From positions 1 through 64,000 of the IMG/VR virus record IMGVR_UViG_3300020379_000824: DNA of 64,000 bases. One strand, given 5' to 3'. Under the pieces are notes generated by a model. The model did no database searches. It was not told the origin of the DNA and worked only from the letters and a program-made list of their open reading frames with translations. This DNA is from an uncultured virus (IMG/VR IMGVR_UViG_3300020379_000824). Lineage: Duplodnaviria; Heunggongvirae; Uroviricota; Caudoviricetes. The translations under genes and the position numbers were made by a program. Positions 1 to 9,807 of this stretch are shown here, piece after piece. Position 1 is the stretch's first letter; each line of letters opens with the position of its first letter.

Positions 1-35
1 CCTACTGTACCAAGTCCAATGATTCCTAGTTTCAT
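1..35 (-). CDS. 5' end of a probable nucleotide-sugar (UDP-glucose/GDP-mannose type) dehydrogenase, running off the window
   Basis: Read by hand: MKLGIIGLGTVG (Rossmann GxGxxG). ATG overlaps the stop of the upstream epimerase (ATGA). Confidence 0.55.
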   Translation of the reverse strand, partial: MKLGIIGLGTV

Positions 36-889
36 AATAGTGACTCCACTGTTAGTTTTAATCCTTCCCTGAGTGGTGTATACTCAAAAGGTTCGGTAAT
101 TGATAAAAGTTTCTTTGTATCAGGACAACGGCGTTTTGCACTGCCTTTTAGTCCAGGTAATATCTCTAGTTTAGTTGGGTCTACACCCATAATATCCATG
201 ATGCATTTTGCTACATCTGATATTTGACTTTCTTCTTCTCTGCCTACGTTTACAATTTCGTTGCTTGTATTTTTTACAAGTTCGTGTGTTAGTTTTACTG
301 CATCGTCTATATAACAGAAACTGCGTGTGTCATCGCCCTTAATAAAGTATTCACCTTTTGCTACTCGCTCTACGAACTCACTGATAAAATGATCTTTCTG
401 TCTTGGTCCGTAAACATTGAAGTATCTAATAATAAGATATTCAAGTCCTGCATTTGCTACTAAGTTTTCACCCAGTGCTTTAGGTATACTGTAACTCCAA
501 CGTGGATTTATAATGTCCTCAAAATGTATAGGAACATTTTCATCTGTTGGCACGCCATATATACCTTTATCTATTGCACCGTTAAATATTTCACAAGTAC
601 TTGTGAATACAAATTTTGTGTCTGTGTTTTGATATTTTTTAATTAAATTAAATGTTGGTAGTGTATTATTAAATGCAACTTGTGTAGGAGTTTCGTAAAA
701 TAAACGTGTTCCATTAGTTGCTGCCATATGCACTACTACATCACCCTGTGGCATTTGATCTACTATTTCTGTCTTACAAAGGTCTTGTTCGTTCACTAGA
801 TCATAAGCAGTTACGTCATGTGAATCTTTAACATAGTCGTAGTAATGACTACCTATAAAACCTTTGTGTCCAGTTAGTAAAATTTTCAT
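32..889 (-). CDS. NAD-dependent nucleotide-sugar epimerase/dehydratase (extended SDR)
   Basis: TGHKGFIG Rossmann motif, YSIPK (YxxxK), RYFNVYGP, TRSFCYIDD. Confidence 0.9.
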   Translation of the reverse strand: MKILLTGHKGFIGSHYYDYVKDSHDVTAYDLVNEQDLCKTEIVDQMPQGDVVVHMAATNGTRLFYETPTQVAFNNTLPTFNLIKKYQNTDTKFVFTSTCEIFNGAIDKGIYGVPTDENVPIHFEDIINPRWSYSIPKALGENLVANAGLEYLIIRYFNVYGPRQKDHFISEFVERVAKGEYFIKGDDTRSFCYIDDAVKLTHELVKNTSNEIVNVGREEESQISDVAKCIMDIMGVDPTKLEILPGLKGSAKRRCPDTKKLLSITEPFEYTPLREGLKLTVESLL

Positions 890-1116
890 CTTTTAATTAC
901 GCCACTATTCCAATTTCTTGCACAGTCGTTAGCATATGCTTTGCTATGTCCAACAATGGGTCTGCTTTCAACTAGTTCACCATTTTCGTACATATCTACT
1001 ACGTAATGAGATTCTTCTCTTACGTTAGCACTTCTGTTACTAACCATGTCTTGAATGAACTCTTTTTCTTTTTTATTCTTAAGTCCATTGAGTCCTTTTG
1101 TTGCCAATTTAATCAC
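886..1116 (-). CDS. hypothetical protein (true start may be the downstream Met)
   Basis: ORF overlaps both neighbours by 4 nt in an operon-like run. Confidence 0.55.
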   Translation of the reverse strand: MIKLATKGLNGLKNKKEKEFIQDMVSNRSANVREESHYVVDMYENGELVESRPIVGHSKAYANDCARNWNSGVIKR

Positions 1117-1865
1117 CTTTTTCCTTTCTTCATACGTTTTATTGCTCGAGCTAATTGCTCGTCCCTTTTCAACTTACGATCTCCTTTGTAGTGTATAATG
1201 TGATGTTCAAGAGCTGCATTAAAATGATTTTTGCCAAGACCAGGAAAGCGTATACGTGCAATATCATAGTTGTGTATCTTGCCTTCTTTCTCAAGTCTTT
1301 CTCTTGCAGCATCAAATGCATGGCAATCTAATTGCCCTGCTAGATCATAAATTGTATCGTGCGTATAGTATTCCTTCCACACATCAAAAAATTCTTTAGC
1401 ATGTTTGTGGTTCAAGTCAAACGCAAGAAAACCTGTTTCTGTATAATGAGGTCTTCCTAAGTAACTTGTGAATAATCCCTCAGGTAAAAATCCTTTAAGA
1501 TATTCTTCGGTAATACTATTGTAAATCTCGGCATCGCTGTCAATCCAGTATAGTGTATCTACATCAGCATTATTTGCACAATGCCAAATACAATAACTCT
1601 TGTGACTAAACCTTACACCGTCATATATAAACTTACCAGGCACTCTGTGTGCATTACGTTTTTTAAATTCTGTAAGTTCTGGTACTGACGGCTCTAACTT
1701 TCTAATAACAAAGTTAGGTGGTGGATTTTCAATTTCAATGTTGTCTACATAGATGTAAACAGTGATATTAGGTGAAACAAATTTTCTTACACTTTCTACA
1801 AAGTGTTTTCCATATTCGTGATACCCTTTGTCACTAAACGTTGATACAATACCAAGTTTCTGCAT
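1113..1865 (-). CDS. putative GT-A fold glycosyltransferase
   Basis: RFSHK and WIDSD (DxD) motifs; clear paralog of 6920..7732. Confidence 0.65.
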   Translation of the reverse strand: MQKLGIVSTFSDKGYHEYGKHFVESVRKFVSPNITVYIYVDNIEIENPPPNFVIRKLEPSVPELTEFKKRNAHRVPGKFIYDGVRFSHKSYCIWHCANNADVDTLYWIDSDAEIYNSITEEYLKGFLPEGLFTSYLGRPHYTETGFLAFDLNHKHAKEFFDVWKEYYTHDTIYDLAGQLDCHAFDAARERLEKEGKIHNYDIARIRFPGLGKNHFNAALEHHIIHYKGDRKLKRDEQLARAIKRMKKGKR

Positions 1866-2221
1866 TATGTTTTAGTTCCAACAGTTCTACGCACAATGTC
1901 GTCATGATTGAACTCTGCCCAATATAGCTCAAACGCTACACCATCTTCGAGTCCTTCGAACTGATGGATCTTACCAGGCTTAACTTGTGTAAAGTCGCCT
2001 GCTTCAAGGATAGTTTCATCAACTAGTCCTTTTTGTTCTCCGTCCTGCCAAACACGAATTAACATTTTGCCCGACTCAACAAAGAAGCCATTCCATTTAA
2101 ATTGATGTTCGTGTTCAGAACATTTGAAACCTTTATTATACTCAATGCGGTGAAACTCTAGTACACCATTTGCATGTACTAGTTCTGTGTTACCCCAAAT
2201 CTTTCCTGCTTTGATACCCAT
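1865..2221 (-). CDS. cupin-fold protein (sugar isomerase-like)
   Basis: CSEHEH...FFVESG...PGKIHQF cupin motifs; AGGAG RBS upstream. Confidence 0.75.
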   Translation of the reverse strand: MGIKAGKIWGNTELVHANGVLEFHRIEYNKGFKCSEHEHQFKWNGFFVESGKMLIRVWQDGEQKGLVDETILEAGDFTQVKPGKIHQFEGLEDGVAFELYWAEFNHDDIVRRTVGTKT

Positions 2222-2259
2222 TTTATACTCCTAGATATTTTAATATACATACTTAATTA

Positions 2260-2769
2260 TCAGAGTAAGTTAGCCAATTCGACTTGTTCTGACTGTCTAC
2301 TAATTTCTTTAACAAAGTAAACACATGGCGGATTATCACCGTCATGCAATGGAACTGATAATAGTTGTCCGTTTTTCATCTTTGGAAAAAACCATCTTAC
2401 GTCTTGGTAGATGTTTACTATTTCTACTGGTTGAAAATCAGCCCTATAACCTTTAATTGGATTCATACAGAATGCTTCAAATCCTCTTTCGTTAATACTA
2501 GTTAACGGTAATACTTCTGGATCTGTAGCACAATCGCTATCTCCAATTAACATACACCAATCTAGCGGCATTTGTATTTCATATCCTCCAATATTCATTA
2601 AGATTGCTGGACTATTAAAACTTTCTAAAAATATAAGTGGCATGAAGAAGAAATCTGGATTGCCTGGTTCACTATTATCAAGCACACTAAATCTTGCGTC
2701 CTCTTCCACTTCTTCGGGTAGTTCATTTAAATTGAACGCCTTGTTATCTAATGTCAAAATTCTACTCAT
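2260..2769 (-). CDS. hypothetical phage protein
   Basis: 169-aa ORF with AAGGA RBS and its own sigma70-type promoter. Confidence 0.7.
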   Translation of the reverse strand: MSRILTLDNKAFNLNELPEEVEEDARFSVLDNSEPGNPDFFFMPLIFLESFNSPAILMNIGGYEIQMPLDWCMLIGDSDCATDPEVLPLTSINERGFEAFCMNPIKGYRADFQPVEIVNIYQDVRWFFPKMKNGQLLSVPLHDGDNPPCVYFVKEISRQSEQVELANLL

Positions 2770-2794
2770 TTATTTTTCCTTATTTGTATATACG

Positions 2795-2823
2795 ATTATA
2801 TACGATTACATGCGATTTGTCAA
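2795..2823 (-). promoter_or_regulatory. consensus sigma70 promoter overlapped by three 10-bp direct repeats
   Basis: Minus strand TTGACA(2823-2818)-17 bp-TATAAT(2800-2795). Confidence 0.85.
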
Positions 2824-2954
2824 GAAATCTTATCTTCTAATTCCTTTAGGCGTTGTTGTAATCTTTCGATAATCTTATAATTAACTTTCTCTGCTTTGCA
2901 TACTTCTATGCTTTCTTTTAACTTTAATATTTTATTTTCAATACTACCTACCAT
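2820..2954 (-). CDS. small 44-aa coiled-coil-like protein (not in ORF track)
   Basis: Hand translation MVGSIENKILKLKESIEVCKAEKVNYKIIERLQQRLKELEDKIS*; fills the gap and overlaps the upstream stop. Confidence 0.55.
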   Translation of the reverse strand: MVGSIENKILKLKESIEVCKAEKVNYKIIERLQQRLKELEDKIS

Positions 2955-3226
2955 TTGTCTAAATTTACCCCTCTAGTATTGAATGTGCCTTTTGCTCTAC
3001 TTTCTCGATAATCAAAAGGAACACTTACGCTAAATGGGTCTGACAATCCTTTACCTACCCATTTAAAAGTATTGTAAACTGTGCTAGGATTAACATGGTC
3101 ATAATATCTAATAACCCATGTGTCCGACTTTTCTGCATATGCCTCTACTTCTTCGTAAGTGCCATATACATCTTCTCCGTTATCCAACCGTGCTAGTTCT
3201 TGATGTGTAATACAATTTGATGTCAT
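2948..3226 (-). CDS. hypothetical protein
   Basis: 92-aa ORF in a tightly packed run. Confidence 0.65.
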   Translation of the reverse strand: MTSNCITHQELARLDNGEDVYGTYEEVEAYAEKSDTWVIRYYDHVNPSTVYNTFKWVGKGLSDPFSVSVPFDYRESRAKGTFNTRGVNLDKW

Positions 3227-3229
3227 GCC

Positions 3230-3409
3230 TTAAAATATTTTGCCTATGATATAAAAAGACAACAGCATAAAACCTATACTACCAAACTGCATTATAGATG
3301 CTATTGTCACTATTGATAGGCTTCTGTCAGCCCACCATTTACCTTCTGTTTCGTGCCATTTTTGTATTTGCTCTGGCGTTGCTTCCTTATAATTTTTTAC
3401 TTCATTCAT
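3230..3409 (-). CDS. small 59-aa membrane protein (not in ORF track)
   Basis: Hand translation MNEVKNYKEATPEQIQKWHETEGKWWADRSLSIVTIASIMQFGSIGFMLLSFYIIGKIF*; ATGA overlap with the uvsW stop; hydrophobic C-terminus. Confidence 0.65.
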   Translation of the reverse strand: MNEVKNYKEATPEQIQKWHETEGKWWADRSLSIVTIASIMQFGSIGFMLLSFYIIGKIF

Positions 3410-4857
3410 GTGTCTATTTTAGTTATTTGGAAAGGATATTTCGCTTCTCTGTAAAACTTCTTACGTTCTGTTAAGTGACGTTTTGCATATTTACATGTTG
3501 ACGTAATATCCCATATTTGTACAAAATCTTTATCTTCTGCCTTACGTATGCCTCTACCGATACTTTGAATTACCCTAACAAAACTTTTACCAGGTTCAAT
3601 AAGCACCAAATTAAATATCCTAGGGATATTAATCCCGACAGCAGCCACACCATATGTAGCAATGATAACCTTTCCATCAGATGTTTTAATTTCGTCATAC
3701 TCTTCCTTTCTATCAGCAAGTTTCATTTCACCAGCAACAAAAACTGCTTCAGGTATTTGTTCCATAATTTTTTTACCTGTATCAATTCTGTTTACTAGCA
3801 CCAGTGTATTACCTGTTAACGAAAATTCTTTTATCTTAGAAGACATCCACGATATTCTATCTGGGTCTGTAACTAACCAAGTATATTCTTCTTGATAGTT
3901 TCTAAATTCTTCAATGTTTTTTGTCTGTAAAATTTGTATATCTAGTTTTGCAAGTACATCCTTTTCTTGTAAATCGTGGGCAGTAACTTGATTAATAACA
4001 GGACCAATGCCTGCAAGTATACCTTGAAATTCCCATGCTTGTTTAGGTACAGTTCCTGTTAGTCCCCAACGTATAGGAGCATTTTTTAAATTGATTGTTA
4101 ACAGTTTTTTAAGTACATCTGCTTTTGCTTGATGCACTTCGTCAATAATAACTGCATTAACGCCTTCTAAAAATTCTGCAAGTGTAAGAGCTTCGTCATA
4201 TTTGCCTTTTTTATCTAAAACATTAAGACTTTGCCATGTACATACTGTATGTGTTTTTCCTAGTTCTTTTCTGTCTCCGAAGTATACACCTACATCAAGT
4301 CCTAAGTTAATATAATCTTCTTCTGTTTGTACAACAAGACTTTTATTAGGTACAATTACAATTGTACGTCCATATGGCTCACACAAATGACTAAGTGTTG
4401 CAGTAGTAATTGTTTTACCTGCACCTGTTGCTACTTCTTGTAAACTTTGTGGGTTATCTAAAAATTTATTAACAACATCATATTGATAATCTCTTAGAAC
4501 AATTGGTTGTCCTTCGAGCTGATGTCCTTTAGGCCAAACTTTACCTTTGTCAGCCCAGTAGTTTTCTGTAATTTTGTCAAATTTTAAGTCTGTAGTTTGA
4601 CGCTGATCAATAACTTCTATCTCATACCCAGACTCGTCAATAACAGGTAAAATAACATCTAAGTGTGCAACATACCCTGTACCACCAATACCAAAGAAAC
4701 TAACAGTTCCATCCCATCTACCTAATTTATATGCTGGCATGTGCCTTGCATACGGTAAATCATACTTGAGCTTGTTTGCAATCTTTCGACGTGTTGCAAC
4801 ATCAAGACCTTCCAGTTTAATGTTTACTTCATCTTTAATAACAAGTTTACAGTTCAA
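3406..4857 (-). CDS. uvsW: UvsW-like SF2 DNA helicase
   Basis: LRDYQ Q-motif, ATGAGKT Walker A, DEVH, GLTGT, QSIGRGIR. Confidence 0.9.
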   Translation of the reverse strand: MNCKLVIKDEVNIKLEGLDVATRRKIANKLKYDLPYARHMPAYKLGRWDGTVSFFGIGGTGYVAHLDVILPVIDESGYEIEVIDQRQTTDLKFDKITENYWADKGKVWPKGHQLEGQPIVLRDYQYDVVNKFLDNPQSLQEVATGAGKTITTATLSHLCEPYGRTIVIVPNKSLVVQTEEDYINLGLDVGVYFGDRKELGKTHTVCTWQSLNVLDKKGKYDEALTLAEFLEGVNAVIIDEVHQAKADVLKKLLTINLKNAPIRWGLTGTVPKQAWEFQGILAGIGPVINQVTAHDLQEKDVLAKLDIQILQTKNIEEFRNYQEEYTWLVTDPDRISWMSSKIKEFSLTGNTLVLVNRIDTGKKIMEQIPEAVFVAGEMKLADRKEEYDEIKTSDGKVIIATYGVAAVGINIPRIFNLVLIEPGKSFVRVIQSIGRGIRKAEDKDFVQIWDITSTCKYAKRHLTERKKFYREAKYPFQITKIDT

Positions 4858-6037
4858 TTAAAGGCTCCTGAATTGTTGGTTCGATATCGCCGATGTATAC
4901 AATACACGGGTGATTTTTAAATAAGTTTCTCATCATACTAGTACCTGTTGCAAATAAATTATTACTTGCTAGTATTGTAACATCTTTTTCGTCTTTGAAC
5001 AACCACTTTGCAGGTTTTTGATTAAAAATTAAAAACTTAGCACCTTCAATTTTTCCTCCAAATCCTTGTTCTCTAACCCATGTATTCAAATGATCACCAT
5101 CTGCATGTTTATTGGCTCTGAAGCATACTCTAAAATCACTCCTATCAAACCCGCAATTATCAATAGTATCGCATAATGTATATAACCAACTATTTACATC
5201 ACCTGTTCGATCAAGGATAATTGCAATTCTGCCATCAACAGAATAACCCAATTTGATAAAATCACTCAAATCTTTAATCCAAAAGTGATTTCCTGTTTCA
5301 CTTGCAATCTTTTTATTCCATGAGTTAATGTTTTTATTTTTACCACCAAAGATATGACCCATAGATTTTGCTAACACTAAGTCAGAGTTTATTTTACCAG
5401 TCTTATGTTTTCTAAAATATACTTTGGCACTGTCACTAGCGTTTTTTAATTCAACTGAACCTTCAATAATTTTACTAAGTTTGCTGTACTCCTTTACATC
5501 CCAATAAATTTCTTCTACACGTTCAACAACATCATTAAATTCATGGTCAATTTCAAAATCATTAACTTTTAAAAATTCTTTGAGTAATACAAGATTGTAA
5601 CCATACAAAGAAAGTGTTCTAACTTTTCTTTCTCCGTCCCATCGATTCTCATTATCCATGTCATACCGAACTTCTTTGATAAACTCATCAAATTCTGTTT
5701 TAAAATGAAACGGAAATTTTAGCACAATCATATGCTTTTTATTAATTTCTTCAATCCATACTTTCTTAGACATATCAACAACACGGAAAGGTTGTTTCCA
5801 CTGAGGCATCTCCATATGATCTCTATAATCAATTTCATCTGCAACTGCTTTACGGTACTTGAACAGTAACTTTAGTACATATTGGGCCTGTTTCTCAGTC
5901 AATTGTTTTCCTTGATGTATAGAATCATAAAAACTATGAGCAGCAGAACGGTCTTGGTATTGCATTGAGTAATATTTTCTCTCAAGCGTGTCCAAGAAAT
6001 CTATGAATAGATCTTCTGTAAAAGTGTGATATCTCAT
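4847..6037 (-). CDS. hypothetical protein
   Basis: 396-aa ORF coupled to uvsW; no motif recognised. Confidence 0.7.
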   Translation of the reverse strand: MRYHTFTEDLFIDFLDTLERKYYSMQYQDRSAAHSFYDSIHQGKQLTEKQAQYVLKLLFKYRKAVADEIDYRDHMEMPQWKQPFRVVDMSKKVWIEEINKKHMIVLKFPFHFKTEFDEFIKEVRYDMDNENRWDGERKVRTLSLYGYNLVLLKEFLKVNDFEIDHEFNDVVERVEEIYWDVKEYSKLSKIIEGSVELKNASDSAKVYFRKHKTGKINSDLVLAKSMGHIFGGKNKNINSWNKKIASETGNHFWIKDLSDFIKLGYSVDGRIAIILDRTGDVNSWLYTLCDTIDNCGFDRSDFRVCFRANKHADGDHLNTWVREQGFGGKIEGAKFLIFNQKPAKWLFKDEKDVTILASNNLFATGTSMMRNLFKNHPCIVYIGDIEPTIQEPLIEL

Positions 6038-6043
6038 ACTACT

Positions 6044-6072
6044 ATTATATAATAGAATGCCGCAGAGATCAA
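6044..6072 (-). promoter_or_regulatory. sigma70-type promoter, -10 box only 6 nt from the ATG (leaderless)
   Basis: TTGATC(6072-6067)-17 bp-TATAAT(6049-6044)-AGTAGT-ATG. Confidence 0.7.
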
Positions 6073-6920
6073 GAGTTAATTTGCGTTTTTAGGTAATTTT
6101 CTAATCTTTTTAGTGGTAGACCTTGTTCTATTTCTTCGACAGTAAACTCAGTCCATGCATAATCATTTAGCCATTGCTCTCTGTCTGGCAAAATAGGATC
6201 TTCGATTGTAGATAAGTCTTGCATACTAACATCGTATGCTAAACTTGATGGGCCTGTATATGCAGGAACACCATTTATGACGCTATGAATACCTGGATTG
6301 CTTGACCAGCTTATAGTGGCCCAAACATCTTCGAATGACATGTCGAAATCATCATACGTACCGATCAATTGAACGGGCTCTTGCCTAAGTACGTTGGGGA
6401 GGTATGCTTCAATTGAGTCTAAACGGCACCTTGGATGCGGTCTAAACTTAATCATTCTATCTGAATACTTTCTAATTTCAGTTACAATGTCTATTACCCA
6501 CTGACTCATGCGAGGCATGTCTTTCCATTGCAAACTTTTATCATGCTGTCCACATAATAAAATGTATTTGCCTTCTTTACGCCAAGGTTTTAAAAATAGC
6601 CCAAGATTCCTGCTACGACTATTATCATTATTACCAGGACCAAAATAACCGTCCCTATTGATTCCATTAATTCCTACCTTCCAGGTGGTTCCTCTTTTAA
6701 TTCCACCTACTTCTAATACTATTGTTGGCTTCTTTTGCTCCCAGACTGCTTTGTTAGGCGCCATTCTTCCATTAAACAATACGCTCCAAATAACATTAAC
6801 GTCACTATCAGTATCGGAGTCAGTAACACTATGCCCACAAGATACAATGCTACGTTCAAAAGCAGCAAAAATAGGTTTAGAGTTAAGTGCGCCATGTTGC
6901 TTCCACAGTTTGAATTTCAT
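6069..6920 (-). CDS. KpsS/KpsC-like (capsule synthesis) putative glycosyltransferase, paralog 1
   Basis: KFRPHP and SWSSNPGIHSVINGVP motifs; shared C-terminal R..W...AxxxFT.EE...G pattern. Confidence 0.55.
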   Translation of the reverse strand: MKFKLWKQHGALNSKPIFAAFERSIVSCGHSVTDSDTDSDVNVIWSVLFNGRMAPNKAVWEQKKPTIVLEVGGIKRGTTWKVGINGINRDGYFGPGNNDNSRSRNLGLFLKPWRKEGKYILLCGQHDKSLQWKDMPRMSQWVIDIVTEIRKYSDRMIKFRPHPRCRLDSIEAYLPNVLRQEPVQLIGTYDDFDMSFEDVWATISWSSNPGIHSVINGVPAYTGPSSLAYDVSMQDLSTIEDPILPDREQWLNDYAWTEFTVEEIEQGLPLKRLENYLKTQINS

Positions 6921-7732
6921 TATTGGTTCCAGTATGGTTCCGTTCTTGGTACAAGTAAGTCTGTACGTTTGCTTTTTCCAAGAGCCTTACGACCTCCTTT
7001 AAGATGATCAAGGTATGCTCCCCACATTGAGTTAATTAGTGGGTGTCCTTCACCAGTAACAAGTCCTGCTGCCCAATCCCATTCGTGCATTTTAACTCTT
7101 TGACGAACAACATCAAATACAAAACTGTCGTGCCATTCTGCCATTTGAAAAATACCTTCATTTTCTGCTTCATCGTAAACACGTTGAAACTCTTTCATAA
7201 ATCTTTTGGTTTGTTTGTTACCTAGTGTAAGAGAATAAAGTCCGCACTCACTAAATTTGCCTTTTCTACCAAGAAAACACACATCAAAGTTAGGAGGTGT
7301 TAGTTCATTTAGTCTTTGATACGTAATTGGGCTATGACAAAACGTATCAGCATCCATCCACATTAATCTTTGTGTGTCACACACTTTTGCACAGTGAAAA
7401 ATACTGTAAACTTTGTGTGCAAAGCGAATTGCGTCCCATTTAAATCCTTTACCTGAGTCTCTTCTTTTACTTCTTATAGGATCTCCGCTAACATCTCCGT
7501 TTGCTTTAGGTACATCTTTCCATGTATTCTTAAATGCTACAAGTTCTGGTACTGACGAGTGTAAATCGTACAATACAACTCTATTATGGTCCTTAATTCG
7601 CGGATTACAGTCTTCTGCGTATACATGTAGCTTCACTTCTTCTGGCCAATTATCGATAAAACTGTCGATCATGCGTTGTCCGTACTGTTGTAAGCCTTTT
7701 GCGTGGAATGTTGTTACTACACTAATTGTCAT
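6920..7732 (-). CDS. putative GT-A fold glycosyltransferase
   Basis: RFAHK, WMDAD (DxD), EWHDS, DHLKG; start MTISVV chosen for its ATGA overlap. Confidence 0.65.
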   Translation of the reverse strand: MTISVVTTFHAKGLQQYGQRMIDSFIDNWPEEVKLHVYAEDCNPRIKDHNRVVLYDLHSSVPELVAFKNTWKDVPKANGDVSGDPIRSKRRDSGKGFKWDAIRFAHKVYSIFHCAKVCDTQRLMWMDADTFCHSPITYQRLNELTPPNFDVCFLGRKGKFSECGLYSLTLGNKQTKRFMKEFQRVYDEAENEGIFQMAEWHDSFVFDVVRQRVKMHEWDWAAGLVTGEGHPLINSMWGAYLDHLKGGRKALGKSKRTDLLVPRTEPYWNQ

Positions 7733-8148
7733 TGGAAAAAATCTCCGTTTTTCTTGCAAGTCCAAACGTGAAAAGTGCCAGCCTGTGCAACTGCATTGTA
7801 CTTATGTCTATAAAGATTAGCACTTTGTACTCTATCTATCACTTTCTCGTCTTCAATGAAAACATCTGGACTTGGATTACTTAAAATTGAACCCATATGG
7901 TCCAACACTTTTAATAAATCTCTATCTATAAAGATTGTTGTTATAGTTGGAACAAAACAATCCTTTAATTTTGACTTATATACAACATTTGCACGTCTTA
8001 CTCTTGGTGCACCTTTGTCATATACAAAAACAGTGCCAAATAAATCAAATAATTCGTCAAATACACCAAGTCCTTGCCCTATAACTAAGCAATCAACAAA
8101 AGGTGTCTTAACTGCACTCTTTAAAATTCTTTTTGTTGCTTTAGACAC
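7729..8148 (-). CDS. hypothetical protein
   Basis: 139-aa ORF with GTG start, coupled within the operon. Confidence 0.6.
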   Translation of the reverse strand: MSKATKRILKSAVKTPFVDCLVIGQGLGVFDELFDLFGTVFVYDKGAPRVRRANVVYKSKLKDCFVPTITTIFIDRDLLKVLDHMGSILSNPSPDVFIEDEKVIDRVQSANLYRHKYNAVAQAGTFHVWTCKKNGDFFQ

Positions 8149-8149
8149 G

Positions 8150-8896
8150 TCATCTTCCTTGCTGTAAAGGTATTACCTTGCCACTTTTACCACTAAATTT
8201 TTCATACGGTCCATCGCCTAGGTATCTACCCATGTGATTTTTAGCAGGAGCCATAAATCCTGACTTAGGAGCCATAATCATAACCCTTTTTGACTTCATG
8301 TATACTTGATCATAATTTCTTTTCATAAAAAAGTCAACTGCTGTGTCTACATCGTTATTAATTTCAAAACATACCCAAGGATTTTGTTCTTCTATAACCT
8401 TTTCCATGCCTAAAATTGCAGGAAGTTCATAACCTTGTACATCAATTTTAATTAATGAAATATTTTTAAGATTTTCGTCATCTAATCTCTTTACTTGCAC
8501 TGTATAAAAGTCAGGTGACTCCCACATTGCAATTTTACTGTCTCCGCAGTTCTTAATACCGTCATGAAACTGTACAACGACTTCTTTATCACCAAGTGCT
8601 GAATCTCTAACTTCAACATTTGCAGCATCACCTATATTTTTTATTAAACATTCATGAACTCTTGTACTAGGCTCATAAGATACAACTTTCTTAAAATGTT
8701 TTTTCATATCCATTGACCAAACACCTACATTTGCTCCTACATCTACAAATGTTTGCTTCAAAGGTATAGTATCAATGATCCTTTGTCTAATTTTTCTTTC
8801 ATAATTAGGGTTAGACATGTCGGTATCTTCTTGAATATGTCTTGTCATTTTAACTTCGTTGTCTGGCATGTACCAGCCGTTGTCTAACTGTATCAT
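8150..8896 (-). CDS. FkbM-family SAM-dependent methyltransferase
   Basis: FVDVGANVG, YEP, LIKIDVQGYE. Confidence 0.9.
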   Translation of the reverse strand: MIQLDNGWYMPDNEVKMTRHIQEDTDMSNPNYERKIRQRIIDTIPLKQTFVDVGANVGVWSMDMKKHFKKVVSYEPSTRVHECLIKNIGDAANVEVRDSALGDKEVVVQFHDGIKNCGDSKIAMWESPDFYTVQVKRLDDENLKNISLIKIDVQGYELPAILGMEKVIEEQNPWVCFEINNDVDTAVDFFMKRNYDQVYMKSKRVMIMAPKSGFMAPAKNHMGRYLGDGPYEKFSGKSGKVIPLQQGR

Positions 8897-9807
8897 AAGT
8901 ATCTCCTAAAGTGTCGCCATGCCTCACCTGAGGCTAATTCTTCAAAGTTCCAATGACACATTGCTAACTTTTGCACCCAATCTTCTCTATCAAAAAGTTT
9001 AGGATCGTTTATTCTTTTTATTTTTGTATTAGATACTTCGTGACTTTGACTGTGTTCAGGTTGTGGGTCTGTTAAGAACACAGGCACGCCTTCGATAGCA
9101 CTAACTACACTCGGACTACTATTATATAGCACAGTTGCCCAAGCACCTTGTAAATCTTGTAATATACTGGGGTTACTGCTTAAAAATACGTCTTTGTGTT
9201 GTGGGAAGTATCTAGTCTTTTTATCTCCTGGATGACCTCTAACAATTATTGGTCTATCCGTAATCTCTCTTAGTGTTGCAATAGTATCGTTTGCCCATTG
9301 TACGCTGTTATACCCACGCATACTCCAACCACCGTTACGTTGCAAACAAACTAGAATATGATTACCACTTGTTCTCCATGGCTTCATTTGTATACCTAGT
9401 TTGCTACTAATTTTTGTCCATCTGTTAGGATCAACATCTGTATCAAAGTAAAATCCTGTTGTAGGAAACACACCATTGAAACTATATCTTAAATAACGAT
9501 TTACATTTCCGCTATCATATGCTAAGAATAAGTTACTGTCTACAATTAATGCTTTTTTACCGTTATTAATTTGTTGTTCAACTGCATTTCTTCTTAAAAC
9601 TAAATGAGGTGCAGTTTTTCCATGCTCGTGTACAAAGCCTTGTATAAGTGCAACATCAGCATTTGGTACAACTTGCATTGCTGTTTGTGCAATAGCAGTA
9701 TCGCCAGAATTTCGTACTCCAGTTAAAAAATTATCTAGGATCATAGGTTTCTCTAGATTATTATTATGCGGTGGAATACCTCCGTAATATGCTACTGCTA
9801 CTGTCAT
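8893..9807 (-). CDS. KpsS/KpsC-like putative glycosyltransferase, paralog 2
   Basis: LQ, IVRGHP, YNSSPSVVSAIEGVPVF. Confidence 0.55.
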   Translation of the reverse strand: MTVAVAYYGGIPPHNNNLEKPMILDNFLTGVRNSGDTAIAQTAMQVVPNADVALIQGFVHEHGKTAPHLVLRRNAVEQQINNGKKALIVDSNLFLAYDSGNVNRYLRYSFNGVFPTTGFYFDTDVDPNRWTKISSKLGIQMKPWRTSGNHILVCLQRNGGWSMRGYNSVQWANDTIATLREITDRPIIVRGHPGDKKTRYFPQHKDVFLSSNPSILQDLQGAWATVLYNSSPSVVSAIEGVPVFLTDPQPEHSQSHEVSNTKIKRINDPKLFDREDWVQKLAMCHWNFEELASGEAWRHFRRYL

